This document shows, in pieces, positions 24,580-43,787 of a stretch of 64,000 bases of DNA. Below the pieces are notes generated by a model, which was not told the origin of the DNA, ran no database searches, and was given only the letters and a program-made list of their open reading frames with translations. Location: positions 30,816,001 to 30,880,000 of the forward strand of contig CM097885.1 in NCBI GenBank assembly GCA_044892525.1. Reading direction: 5' to 3'. Numbering within the stretch: the stretch's first letter is position 1; each line of letters begins with the position of its first letter. A program made the position numbers and the translations under genes. The DNA is from Schmidtea polychroa. Taxonomy: Eukaryota.

Positions 24580-24909
24580 CAAGAATATAAGACTTGTATA
24601 ATCTTAACTGTTCTATTAGCCGTATATTAGATATTTTCGAGATGGACACATAAATTAAGTTTTAACTTAATAATAAAAAATTCAAATATCACAAAATTAT
24701 TATGGTTATTAAATATTAGCCAGTAATGTTAAGCAGAATATTTGTTTTTCCTTATATTTGATCAGTTTACTTAAATCTACATTAATGATATTGTAGCATA
24801 TGTTAGTTGATTTACGAGATTTTAGTCCAAAGATGATCTTCAATAGTTGATAATTTTGGTTTGTAATTTTAATTCACAATATATTGTGAATAATTAAAGT
24901 TTATGGATT

Positions 24910-25838
24910 TGTTGGATTTTTGGGTTAATATTTAAAAGTTTACAATCAAATCTCCGACTCCAAAACGTGTTTTATTTGATCGACAAAATAACAATTTTCA
25001 GACAATATAAACCTTTATTGATTATCACAATTGATGACACGCATTATAAAAACACGATCGATTCAATACTCAAATAGATAATTACACAGAGCTTATTACG
25101 ACACCAAGCTAGAAATAGTTCTACTAGTATAATTCCCAATTACTGAAAAATCACCAGCCGCTGATCTGGCTAAATAGTTAGGTAAATTGAATTGAATTTC
25201 CTTTATTTATTCAGTATACTTTAAACCTTTCTTATTGAACTCAGTTTCAGCGCACCTTTTAGTTCCAATATTTTCTCTTCTTTCAAATTTCTAATTTCTC
25301 ACTTTTAATTTCTCTAATTTTCTCTACTCTTTAATTCCGAATTATTTCTCGACTATCTTTTAATTTTTCTCTCGACCACTACTTCTGATTCCATTAAGAA
25401 GACTTTTGCTTTTATAGTCCACAGTTGTCCGACACTTGTGATAATTCATTTTTTTCATTCCTGTCTCTTCATAAACTGTACAACTCCCGTGTTATCACTG
25501 ACATTTCGGCACTCATGATAATTTGTCTATTTTTCCATTTTTGATTCTGGCATTTTCCAGACTTTTTTCCATTTCCCACGTTATCTCTGAAAGTTCGGAG
25601 ACGCCGATTTTGTTTTCATGTTTTGTTTTTGCTTTCTTACACTTATTAATTATAAGTGACCTTTTTCCGCTTTATTGTTGAATTTCTTTTGTTTTGTTAT
25701 ATCTTCCTCATTTCTCAATTTCTTGCTTTTCTGTTTTCTTCTCCAAGTATCAGAATGCTATCTCAATCACCTTCTCGGTTTTACCCCAAATTATTCTAAT
25801 TATTTTTAATATTATTTATTATTTAGGTATCCTCAACA
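24910..25838 (-). mobile_element. Probable solo LTR (~929 bp)
   Basis: TGTTG...CAACA termini; flanks GATT/AATT; minus-strand TATAAAAG near 25412 followed by AATAAA signals; homologous to the copy at 26688-29309. Confidence 0.55.
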
Positions 25839-26069
25839 AATTTAACTTCAATTAAACGAAAATCTTAAACCAAATGAAGATTTAGAAAGATTAAATTTTA
25901 TCTCTATTTTTGTTTAAGAACTAAACAATAAAAATGAAAATAAAATTGATAAAAAATTATCCGCTCATCTATAGTTTTAAATATTTGTTTAATAATTTAC
26001 AACAATACGTTTAAGAATAATAATTTTTTAAAAGACGTTCATTTAAAAAAGTACATTTAAAGCTTTTGC

Positions 26070-26570
26070 CATTGGTCCCTCACGCATTATATATCACTCA
26101 ACCTTATTTATTGAGATATTTCATCGTCTGTTACAATCTTGAATTATCTGTAGTTCTGTTTTTTGCAATAGGAACAACATCTTTTTGAAGAATGGAATTT
26201 CTCTCTGGAGAATTTTTGAATAACTTAGAAGCTTTTCTAATGACATCAATGGTTTCACGAACATTTTCTTCTAACACCATTTCTATATTTTATTCAACAT
26301 CCTCTTCACTGTCACATAAAATATCATTTTCAATACAATTATCATCTTCCTCATTGTTATAAGATTACTGAATTTGTGGTTTTTAGTCTAAAACACTTAT
26401 AACTGCAAGATAAACTGCATGGTTATAATAAAGTTGTAAAGAATTTCTTCATTATCGCCATGCCATCACTTGTTAAAGCAATTACTTCTTTCTCGAATGA
26501 CAATTTAAATGATTTAAAACTTATTCTTGACAATCCCAAATCATACAAATTTTCATTATTATATAGGCGA
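26070..26570 (-). pseudogene. Highly degenerate hAT (Ac/ZBED-like) transposase fragment
   Basis: Manual translation gives EVIALTSDG, YYNHAVYLAV (CxxH-like) and IDVIRKASKLFKNSPERNSILQ. Confidence 0.6.
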
Positions 26571-27448
26571 ACATTCAAATACTAATCCTCACTGTCTACC
26601 CTGTGAGTAATCAAATATGAAAACAAGTGTATTTAGTTTGATTGAAATAAAGCTACTTTATTTGGATTTGAATTTTATTTGCTTAATTATTGAACACGAG
26701 AAGCCAGTTCGAGAGCTTATTCCTATCGACAAAATCATTAATATCCCAACAAAACGAAAAGATGAATTGTTAAATAATAATGTACTTAAATAATAAAATC
26801 CAATAATTACTAGATGAATAAAATGAACAGAGGGGAAATGTATAAAATAGAGTTGGGTTGTTCCAGAATTCGGAAAAACTGAAAATGAGAAAAAGAAATT
26901 TAAAACGAGAGAGAAATAACGGAGTCAATAAAAATTAAGCAATGAAATATGACAAGGTTGTTCCAAATAAACAATTACAAAGTGAAGAAGGGATAATAAA
27001 AGAACTGGCGATGACCGAAGGGAATGTACTGTAGGAAGGAATCTAAACTACAACCAATATCAGTAAGTGCTATTATATTGGGTTAAAGAAAACAAAACCT
27101 GAATTAAGGGACAGAAGTTGTAAAGAAAAGTAAGAAAGAGAATTTGGTAAAGTAAAAAAGAAGTATGAAAAGGAATCATAATTTTAAAAAGAAAATACAG
27201 ACAAGAAAAGGAATTTAAACGAAACACGAGGTTAATTATGAAATTATCGGAGAAAGCATTGTCAGGTTGGCCAAACGATTGAAACATTTTAAAGTTATCA
27301 AGTAAATTCAAGCAAAAGCTAAGAAAGCAACTAGATCAAATATACCGATCACTGAAACCAGAAACAGTAGTCAAGAGGTCAGGCGCGTACGCAGGATGAA
27401 TCCATGGGGGGGTTTATATATATTATTTTTATATATATAGAGGGAGGG

Positions 27449-27511
<63 letters not shown>

Positions 27512-27514
<3 letters not shown>

Positions 27515-28932
27515 GGCCGCCGAGAGGACTTTTGGGGCCCGGGGATATACTTCTTGTGGGGGCCCCTGCCAAGAGCGTGAAAAAAAAATTTTCCCCTCGG
27601 ACTTTGGGCTATTTATTAATGAAGCGGGAAACCGAAAAATGTCCTAATTGTTATTGGAACAATGTATTCATCAAAAATTCTCTTACAAAAATGAAAACGT
27701 TTACAACTAAAATTACAAAAAAAGTACAAAAAACAAATTATTTTTTAGAATGTTGCTTTCCGAACCTTGCGCCTAGCAAACAAATTAATTACGTCTTGAA
27801 AATCAATTTTCTTAGCCATTTCAGATTCAATCGACAACATTCCTAAATCATTCAATCGGTGTTGTGACATTGTGGATCTCAAAACATCTTTTATCCTTTT
27901 TAAAACACTAAAGGATCGTTCTGCTTCAGCAACGGTTACAGGGATGGTACAAAATAATCTTATTGCTATTATTATGTTGGGAAACAATACATCCAGTTTC
28001 ATTTTTTTAATGATGTTTAGTAACTCAATGGGCGAGAGAGATTTGTTTTGTATATTGACATCATAAATTGATTTTAAATGGAGTATTTCTTCACCAAGAT
28101 TATGGTCAATATTATTTTCATATACCTTTTGTAATTTTTCGGACTTCTTTTGTATTTCTTCATCATTAAGGTTATGAAATAACCATAATACATTAAATAA
28201 CGAATCAATTTCTTTAGCCGCATTAAATCTTCTTGCAATATTTCCAATAATACAATCTAAGAAAACATTGAAAACATTTGTTCTGAATTCGTCACTTGGT
28301 GTCATTTCTAATTCATCCACGTCGCGAATATCGGAGTCGATGGCGGTCTCCCATTGACTGCTAATTACTAATAATCGAAAATTAGACTTCAGCACTCCAG
28401 CACCGGTAAGGAAATGCTTTGTAGCCCAACGCTTAGGTTAATTTCTTATTCACTTTCGGCTTAGTTCACAAACACGATTATTTTATCCGCTTCTTCCTGG
28501 AGATTTTCACATTGATCAAACAACTACAATTACAACACTATTAATGTTTGTAATTTTTCTTTTAGTTAAATAATAATAGAGTTTGTAAATAATGAAACAG
28601 GCTCAAAATGTCAAAAACTAGTGATAGCAAGCACTTGACTCTTGACAAACAAAAGATTGCCACATGTGCTTACCATTACTGCAAGATGCGTTTGTGCCGT
28701 GTAGACTTTTTCGCAACGGGGGTTCCGAAAGCAATCTTGGCAACGGACACTCTCCAGACGTACCCCACACACACGCACTACAAAAGGAGGAACATAGTTC
28801 CTACAAATTGAAATCATGATTTTTTCATAAAAAAATCAAGTGATTTAAATCATGATAGATTTTTTCTCCGGGGCCCCTAGAAACCAGGGGCCCGGGTATT
28901 TTCCCCATCAAACCCCCCTCTTGTCGGGCCTG
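27512..28932 (-). mobile_element. Internally deleted hAT (Tip100/ZMYM1-like), inserted in a TA microsatellite
   Basis: TIRs CAGGGCCGCCGAGAGG / CCTCTTGTCGGGCCTG; TATATATA on both sides; GGGGCCC subterminal motifs. Confidence 0.88.
27745..28395 (-). pseudogene. C-terminal fragment of hAT transposase (dimerization domain)
   Basis: FPNIIIAIRLFCTIPVTVAEAERSFSVLKRIKDVLRSTMSQHRL. Confidence 0.9.
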
Positions 28933-30199
28933 TATATATATCGGCATTCGGAATATTTCTTAAATTGTTTTAAGTTTATATATTTATTAATTATAGTTTT
29001 TTATATTGTTGTTGGAATCATGGGGGGTTAAACCCCCAGTAACCCCCCCCCCCCCCCCCCCTGCGTACGCCACTGCAAGTGGTTGTGAATTCCAAGTTGT
29101 ATTGTAAACGTGCTATTCTCCTTAAGGGTGCTATAAGCACTCAAATAATTGTTGCAATATTTAATTATTGGTGTCATTGTAAATTTGTAATCATGTGTCA
29201 ATCAATAAAAGTTTATATTTTCAGGAATTCGTCATTGTTATTAAACAAGGTACGGTTTGGAGTCAGATCAATAATTGTGAATTTCATATTTTACCGACAA
29301 ACCCCAGCAATAAAATAAATATGAAACGTTTAGATTTCGGTTGCTATGAATACTGTAATTGAAATTTATTATGATTGGAAACGGTAATTAAATTTGCAAA
29401 ATTACATGTTCAATGTTTAGAACGTTTCATGAAAAAAATTAAATCGTCATAAAAGGCTTGTAAAAATTTTGCAATTTAAAAATTTGGAATGAAATGCTTT
29501 ATTTAGTTTGAAATAAAAATAAATTAAATGTAATTTCATTATATTTAAAATAAAGCAGATGTGATTGGATCTTATAAATTTCGGCGCATATGTTAATAAG
29601 CAAACCTAGGGGTATCACCAAAGATATGACTCATGAGATTTTATTTTAGAAAATTTCATAAACATATTTTCTCATAATAAGAACTAATTTTAAATCGATT
29701 TATAATTCTAATTATTCTAATTAAAAAAAATCGTATACGAAAATGTTGTGCACATCATGTTATTTACGAGACTACTACATTTTAACTTTCCGGTGAATAG
29801 AATTTTTATTCTACGAATCAGAAAGAAACTTTTAAAATAGATACAAAAATAATATTCTATTCTTTAAAATTAAATTTCCAACAAAATAAAGCTTTTTGGT
29901 CACGCGGTTGGTCGCGCCTGAGCGAATAGCCGCCTCTTAGTTCTTTACGTTTTTAAGTTGAAATATGGAATATTTATTTACTTTCTTATTTCTGGTTTAT
30001 TTCAGTGCCATATAAATAAAAGAAATAAATTCTTTAAAAACTTTATTTGCATAACGAAAGAAAAAAAATAAAATTGTAAATATTTTGAAAACTAATTTTT
30101 TTTCCTACATAAATTGTTAAAACTAATATAAAAACATATTATTCTTGATCTTGATTACTTCAACACTTAGTTTTGCAATCTGGACATAATGCCGATGAA

Positions 30200-30740
30200 T
30201 GTTCTTTGAATATTGGGTTTGAAAAATAATTGAACACTCTTCTTATCGGCTAGTTTGTTGATTTTTTTCCTTTCCTCTAGATCGACATAATTATCAAATC
30301 ACAATGCTCTGATAAGAATATAAAATTGATTATAGCGCATCGTAAACTTAAAACATTCTGGAGCTGTGCCATCAGTTGCCCAAAGATCTTCTACATTCAC
30401 ATGAGAAGATTTTAAAACTCCTACTATGTATTGGAATCGTTGGCAATATTATTATTAAGGCTCACGGTTGTATTTGCTTCTAATTTGGTATAAACGATTA
30501 TTCGTGTTGTCCACAATTTCAGTGAGGATTTCATCCGGTAAATACAGCTGCCAGAATTCTAGTGGGGATTTTGCGTTTTTTGCGAAAGAATTCACCCCAG
30601 GTTAGCTGGTAACAATATTCCATCTTCTTGTTCGTCCGCTCGTCGAAGGTGGATGAGCTCTCCATACATATTTTTTATCTTTTCCATCTTTTAACATTTC
30701 TGAATCTGAATCATCATTACACAAAATAGTGTCGTTTTCA
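30200..30740 (-). pseudogene. Degenerate piggyBac (PGBD4-like) transposase fragment; element probably spans ~29780-31190
   Basis: Manual translation gives GKDKKYVW, SPLEFWQLYLPDEILTEIVDNTN, VEDLWATDGTAP and LIRAL*FDN. GC-rich inverted motifs lie at ~29895 and ~31175. Confidence 0.75.
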
Positions 30741-32564
30741 TCTTAAACTAACCAGGGGAAATCACGATTCATCATTTTTATCTAAGGGATCGAAAAAAAA
30801 TTCAAAATAATTTTTTTATTCAAAAAGTTTTTTTAAATCAAAATAGTTATTTTATATCAAGAGTTAAATAAAAAATAATTTTATAAAATAAATTAAAAAC
30901 ATAATAATCAAAACAAAAAAGTGCATAATAAGAAAAAGAAGTTACCGAAAAATAAAAATTCCAGCACGAATCAAACCTTCGTAAATAATGTTCTCCCTCG
31001 ATCATTGTTATAGCACAACTAATACGCAAAACCAAATGTGTATAAAATTAGTAAACATGTGTTTAAGCCTGTAATATTGAAAAAAATATAATTCTTGGAA
31101 AGTAGAGGGACCCGCGAGTTAATATGTTTCATACGAAAAAAACGGCATCAAAAAATCCGATAGAGTAAGCGCTGCGCCACCGCGCGACCAAAATACATTT
31201 CATTATTTTCAAAATCACTCCTCACCCTAACGAAATATTATTATTAAATGACACCAAAATATATCTAGTTCACAAATCATTCAAATCTCTAATATATTAT
31301 TTATTCTGTTGAGCTTGTCTAGATTGGTGTATAATAATATCTAAATGCACAGAAATCTGTGTGTAAAATAGTAAAAAGCATCAATTTATCAAAATTCAAA
31401 AAATTAATACTGAAAATGGGAAAATTAATATTTTTCGGGGAAACAGATATGAGCAGATAACAAATTATGAGACGAAAAAGAATATGTAACACAAAATCAA
31501 TTCCAGGTCTATAGACAAAGTTATTAAGAAAATACAAACTAATCAATTAAAATACTGCAAAAATTAAAATAAATTAAATTATGATCTTTTTCACTGAACT
31601 TGATAGGCGAAATGTTAGCCTGTCAAGCAAAAACAAAACAATTGAATTTAATAAAGATCTGTCCTGGCTCCTTGTATGGAAAAAATTTGATTCTGACGAG
31701 AAAAGAGTTTTCCTATAAAAGGAACTCGCAATTAAGTCAAGTAACCCCAACTGGTCGAAGAAACTAATGAATAATATGAAAAGGGAAAATTGAGAGTAAA
31801 GTGTAATTGATAAAAAGGGTTCTAGTCAAATGAATCAGATTTGTTTTTGATAATTAGATATATGATATACATTAGATATATATTAGATATACAACAACAT
31901 TCTGACAATTAATACTTAATAACTCGAAAATTCTAAAACTACTTTTGTGCTCGACTCTTCCCAAATGACACAAACTGTATCTCTTGGACTTCTACACAAC
32001 CATAAAGGATTACCAAGGGACCCAGTCAACCAAAAACACAACTGGGCCTGAAATATTCATTAAATTATCCAACATTGACAAATGACATCAAAATAACAGT
32101 CAGAACATTTATTAAAAATAAAACTAATAATAAATTTCAAATATCTTACAAAGCTTACATATTGTGAAATTCTTATTCAAAAGGGGAAATCTTTTAAATA
32201 TACATCAATTAATGTTGAAACCATTCATAATTTAATTACAATATATTTATTATTAAATGCGCTGAAACCACTGACAAATATTAAGTCACATGATTTTCAA
32301 AGAATAAATCCAACGAAAACTGTAAGCTTTATGCGGAGAAAAAAATAAAAGATCAATCAACGCGTTCTATTTACAACACACACACACACACACAAATATC
32401 ATAATAATAAAAGTAAAAATCCAATGAAAACCAGGTAAACAATAGCAACTCGAAAAATTAATTATATATTCTCACAAAATATATCTACATTTGTTCACAA
32501 ATATAATAAACACACAAGCTGAATTCGATGGTATGTTTGTGAATATGAGATATCACATTATGTA

Positions 32565-33078
<514 letters not shown>

Positions 33079-33413
33079 TAATTGTCATCACCACTATGAC
33101 TTGAGTAGGTAACCACCACATAATGAATAAATTTATTTACAAATAATAACAGTTGGAAAAAACAATCTGAAAAATTACAATAATTATCATTAAATCATTT
33201 AATAAATTTATTAATAATAATCATTTTCTTGAATATCTAGGTCTCTCTCGTGGCATTTGAACAAATAAATAATTTTCTGACGAGTAAAACAATAAATCTG
33301 CAATACTATTAACTGTCATAGAAACACAAGTGATGACGTGAATTAAACCCAATAATAACAAGAATAATCATCATCATCATAATCATGATCCAACAATGCG
33401 ATCAGTATCACTC

Positions 33414-33579
<166 letters not shown>

Positions 33580-33765
33580 TAATTCGCATAAATATCTGAT
33601 AGGATGAAGTTAAGGCTGAAAAAGTCAGAAAATATACAGACGCTAGCAAAAGTAAAACAAACGGAAGGAAACTGTTAGAATAAATAATTAATAGAGATTA
33701 AGAAACTGAAAATGCACAAAACGAGAGACAAAATTTGAAGACAGTCAAGACCAATAAAAAAATCA

Positions 33766-39626
<5,861 letters not shown>

Positions 39627-41219
39627 CTATATAATATTCTATAAAGTAAATTGAAAATAAAACTTACAAATTTCATCAAATACACACCAGATATTGAAAA
39701 TATTTATTAATTTCATAAAACAATAGCTTATTTTTGCCACAATACTTTGAAAAAAAAACTATAAAAATAACCAATTATATATTTGAAATTTAATAACTAT
39801 AACACGTTGCACTTTTAAAATCGGGCACTCAAAATTTTTAATAAAAATTAATTTTGATTAAAATGAAATTGAGCACGCGATTTCATTTTAATTATTAAGC
39901 TTTTTTATAAATAATTTTTAATTAGTATTATTTAAATTTAATACGAACTTTAAAGAAAACCGTAAAAAAGTTTCCAATTATCTGGATTATGGGATATTAG
40001 AAAGGAAAGTCACCAAATAATTTGGGATCAGAGAAAAAACAATAAATAAAATAAAAAATCATTGAAAAATAATTTTTCAGAGGTTTAATAAATTGGCAAA
40101 AAAGGATTTCAGCTGAGCCTACAGGAAAATATTAAAGTGATGGAAAATTATTTTTGATTGCATGAGTAATAATTATTACATCATATTATGAAAACAATTT
40201 CTACAAAAATTTATAAAGGAATAAATCTCGATAATTATTTAGAAATGCTGAAAAATGTAACATTGAGTAAGGTATTGTTATGGGTAGATTTGGAATCGAA
40301 GAGCATAAATATTGCAATAATCGAAATTCCTTTATAAATACACATAAAAGTCCAAATAAGCCAATAAAATCGAAGCAATTAACTCAAACGGTGAACATAA
40401 AAAGGTACCTAGAAAACCTTTACTAAGTGCTCATTCTGAATAAGAGTGATGAATTCAAAAAAGATTCCAAGTCCTAATTTCAGAAGTATCCAACAAAGAA
40501 AATGAACGACAACATGGAACAATTTGATGAATCATAAATAATAATCAAATAAAAATAATAAATTTAATATAATTTTCTGGCTTTCTAGCTTGGCGATTCA
40601 TTTATAACTTTGTCAAAGTGAATATTTCTTGTTATTGAGTTTTCAATAAATAAAAACGCCAATCTTGAACATAAAAACGATTTTTCAAAATTGTAGTCCA
40701 GCTAGGTTGAGAACCAGCCAAAACGGTTCTATTTATCATTTTTATTTTCAACATTTTCTCTTCTTTCATTTTAATACACATTAAAACATTCTCTTATATC
40801 TTTGCCAAATGAGTGAATTTACATTCCTTCATTATGACTACAAATGATATTTACAATTTCATAAATTTTACAAATATTTTCAGTAACATCATTTATATAT
40901 TAGTTAATCACCTTTAATGTGTTTTCATTTACGATTTCGTTTACCTTTATCTAGTTTTTAATTAAACAAATTTATTTTTTAAAAAATGAAATAACTTGAA
41001 AAAAAGAATGCAAAGAACATTTTTCATCATTAAAAAATATTTATAACAGCTAATATTTGTTTGTTATATAAAAATGAAAGACCAAATATAATTATAGAAA
41101 TAACTTAACAAATGAATCAGAACTTTCACCTTAGAAATAAAGGTGTAAAAGTTTTTTTTACGGATGTCTAACATTAAAATAAGATAAACATTACAAGCCT
41201 TGTGATATCCAGTGCAAAT

Positions 41220-41270
41220 CCCAATAGTAGACTAGTTTCGAGCTTTTGGCTCTCATCAGTGCTATGTGGG
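41220..41270 (-). ncRNA. Minimal type I hammerhead ribozyme, intact catalytic core
   Basis: cccac-AUAGCA-CUGAUGA-GAGC-caaaa-GCUC-GAAA-CUAG-UC^UACUAU-uggg: conserved core, 4-bp stem II, palindromic ACUAGU stem III, GUC cleavage triplet. Confidence 0.85.
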
Positions 41271-41600
41271 AGACGCGAAGATTTCTCTTCGTGTCAGGTA
41301 AGTATACAAAATTGCTGATTCAACTCTTGCATCCGTAAAAAATTTTTTTACACCATTACAAGTTAAAAATACTAAAGGTTTACGGATGCACTTGTAAACA
41401 GTTTCTGTGTATAGACGGCGTCTCCAGAGGCGAATATGATTTTTCATACGCCATGTTTACATGTTTGCAGATATTTTTCTGTGATTTAGCTAATTTGCAA
41501 GTGATGTGATTTCCAGTGTACCAGGGAAAGTATGCAATAGAGTTGAATCAGCAATATTGTTTACTTACCTGGCGCGAATAGAAATCTTCGCGTCTCCTGC

Positions 41601-41642
41601 ATAGTACTGATGAGAGCCAAAAGCTCAAAACTAGTTCACTAT
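41601..41642 (+). ncRNA. Hammerhead ribozyme copy with inactivating changes
   Basis: AUAGUA-CUGAUGA-GAGC-caaaa-GCUC-AAAA-CUAG-UU-CACUAU; G12 is changed to A and the triplet is GUU. Confidence 0.7.
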
Positions 41643-43520
41643 TGGGATTTGCACTGGGTTTCACATAGCTTGTAATGTTTATATTAGAATTAAAAGTTTT
41701 GATAGACCAGTAAAAACGCGTGAAAAAATGTAAAATTGCAGCTAATTGAAAAAATATAGTAGAAAACTCAAATAAAGTTTTATGGGAGTTTAAATTGAAA
41801 GGTAATAAATTGTGCAGAAGATTTATATTACAACTATTGATTGTAGTGCCTCTGACTTTTAAATTAAATATATTAATTTAATAATTAAATTGCAAATACA
41901 TTATTAAATTAATTAAATTAAAATACATTGTTTTAATATTCTTAGATATCCACTTTTCTTTCAAACATCTACATATTTTAATAAATGAAAATGTGCTCAA
42001 AACTCTGGAATTGGAGCAATTTGTGGATCATCGAATGGGAATTACAAACGATAAATCTTGTAATCCTGCTGCTGATACTCTTACTCATCGTCAGATTACA
42101 GAACATGCAGTCAATGGATACGTTAAGTTCAAATCAGTCGTATTCAATGAAATGCAATGTCATTCTTAAATTCGCAAATACCAGATCCACTATGTACAAA
42201 GATGCGGAATCCAATAAATATATTTTGCCGATTATCATTATGTCTCTACATTGGCTATTAAAATATTGATGGTCACGAGCAAATTACGTTTCAGAATCAA
42301 ATATCTGATGATGATAACTTTGACACAAATTGACTGAAAACCATTATAAAAACATTTAAAGACTATATGCCTGATGAAGTGTCTTTCGAATTACAAGGAA
42401 GTCACGAACATCAACTTCAATGAATATAAATTGAAAAGTATATGCAGTTTTGATCAATAAAATCAAAAGTCAGAATCGTAATTACAGCAACCAGGAAATT
42501 TCTCTGCTACATAATAATATTCTCCTTCAGAAACATCCGTGAAAAAAGATCTTGCATCTAATGATTTTTTATTGTTCAATCATCTCAATAAACCTTTGTA
42601 AATCGCGTGAGATTTGAATAGGAAATTAGAAAAAATGTAAATCCCCCCCTCCAGGAAATATAAAAGTCAATTCCTCAAAAGTTACTGAACTGATTTAAAT
42701 TTGTTTTTAAAGTCAATTGATATTAAATAAAAGTCTAAGCAAATACTTGTACTTTTGTTTCAAATATAAAAGAAAAGTAATATAATAACACAATTTTAAT
42801 GCCCTAGAAAAATATAGTTTATAATAAGAATTAAATTGTTACTTAAATAACTGGCTAATTGAAAACTTTTTGAATCCTCGGCGTTTAGTTGATACATTTT
42901 CGTGATATTTTTCTGAAAAAATAAATTATTTATAGTAAAAATAAATAAATAAACAAGTATAATAAACGACAAAAACCACTAAAAGATCTTTTATTACAGT
43001 TACCGAGTATTGATGCCCTGATTTTCCACAAATGTATTTTCGGGATTATTGTATGTACAGATTTTCATTTACCCATAAATGTTATAGTTATTTTATTTAG
43101 ATATTACGAAACTCAACAAACGAAGACAGACTTTATTTAAAAACTATTAATGCTACATTTAAATGCAACTATATTAATATGATATCATTTACAAAGGAAA
43201 CTGGTTGAATTTATTCATTACTAAAAGTACAATAAAAAACTATTAAAAGTTGAAAGCAGAGGTATAAAATATGATAACAATGAAAAAGTATTTATGTTGG
43301 ATTTTATAATTGTTTTTAATGTCATTACTTTTTACTTTATTACTGTCCTTAATAAGAATGTAATTCATTTACCTAAAAATTTCAATTGAAAAAGGCAGTG
43401 CCGAAAATTCGTGAGTATTAAAAACATCGATTACTGATTTATAGTCTTCAAGCTCATTTTTTAATAAATTTGTATTAAATATAATATTTGCAGCAAAAAA
43501 TTTAAACTATTATTTAATTG

Positions 43521-43566
<46 letters not shown>

Positions 43567-43787
43567 GCCATAACCGATTTTTAGGAACTCCTATTCCTAA
43601 TACATGAAAGGAATTGTCAAATCTTTCAATTTAAAGGCTAAATGTGAAAAATTTATATAAAAAGCAAAATACATTCTTGAACGAAATGCAAAAACACAAA
43701 AGTACCCATGTAATTCGAGAAAAGTTCAACTTTAGTTGTAATTTTCAATTACTTTTTAATCAGGGAAATAAATTTAGCTTCCATGGT

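Larger units (their letters stand above)
27380..29075. mobile_element. hAT MITE (~270 bp when empty) hosting a second hAT
   Basis: TIRs CAGGCGCGTACGCAGG / CCTGCGTACGCCACTG; 8-bp TSD CAAGAGGT/CAAGTGGT. Confidence 0.85.
26688..29309 (+). mobile_element. Second, diverged probable solo LTR (~918 bp without insert), interrupted by nested hAT elements
   Basis: 29199-29309 aligns with the reverse complement of 24910-25025 (AATCAATAAA.GTTTATATT, TTTGGAGTC); similar reconstructed length; ends eroded. Confidence 0.45.
41184..41682. repeat. Inverted repeat (~150-bp arms, ~200-bp spacer); probable Penelope-like pseudo-LTR/retrozyme relic
   Basis: 41184-41332 is the slightly diverged reverse complement of 41532-41682; each arm has a hammerhead motif. 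Confidence 0.85.

Noticed and set aside
28608..28817. Short overlapping ORFs as a cargo gene
   Set aside because: They lie in the subterminal region of the deleted hAT and have no recognisable motif.
42371..42395. CTGATGA as another hammerhead (also near 42305, 55330, 63253)
   Set aside because: No stem II followed by GAAA and no stem I/III pairing.
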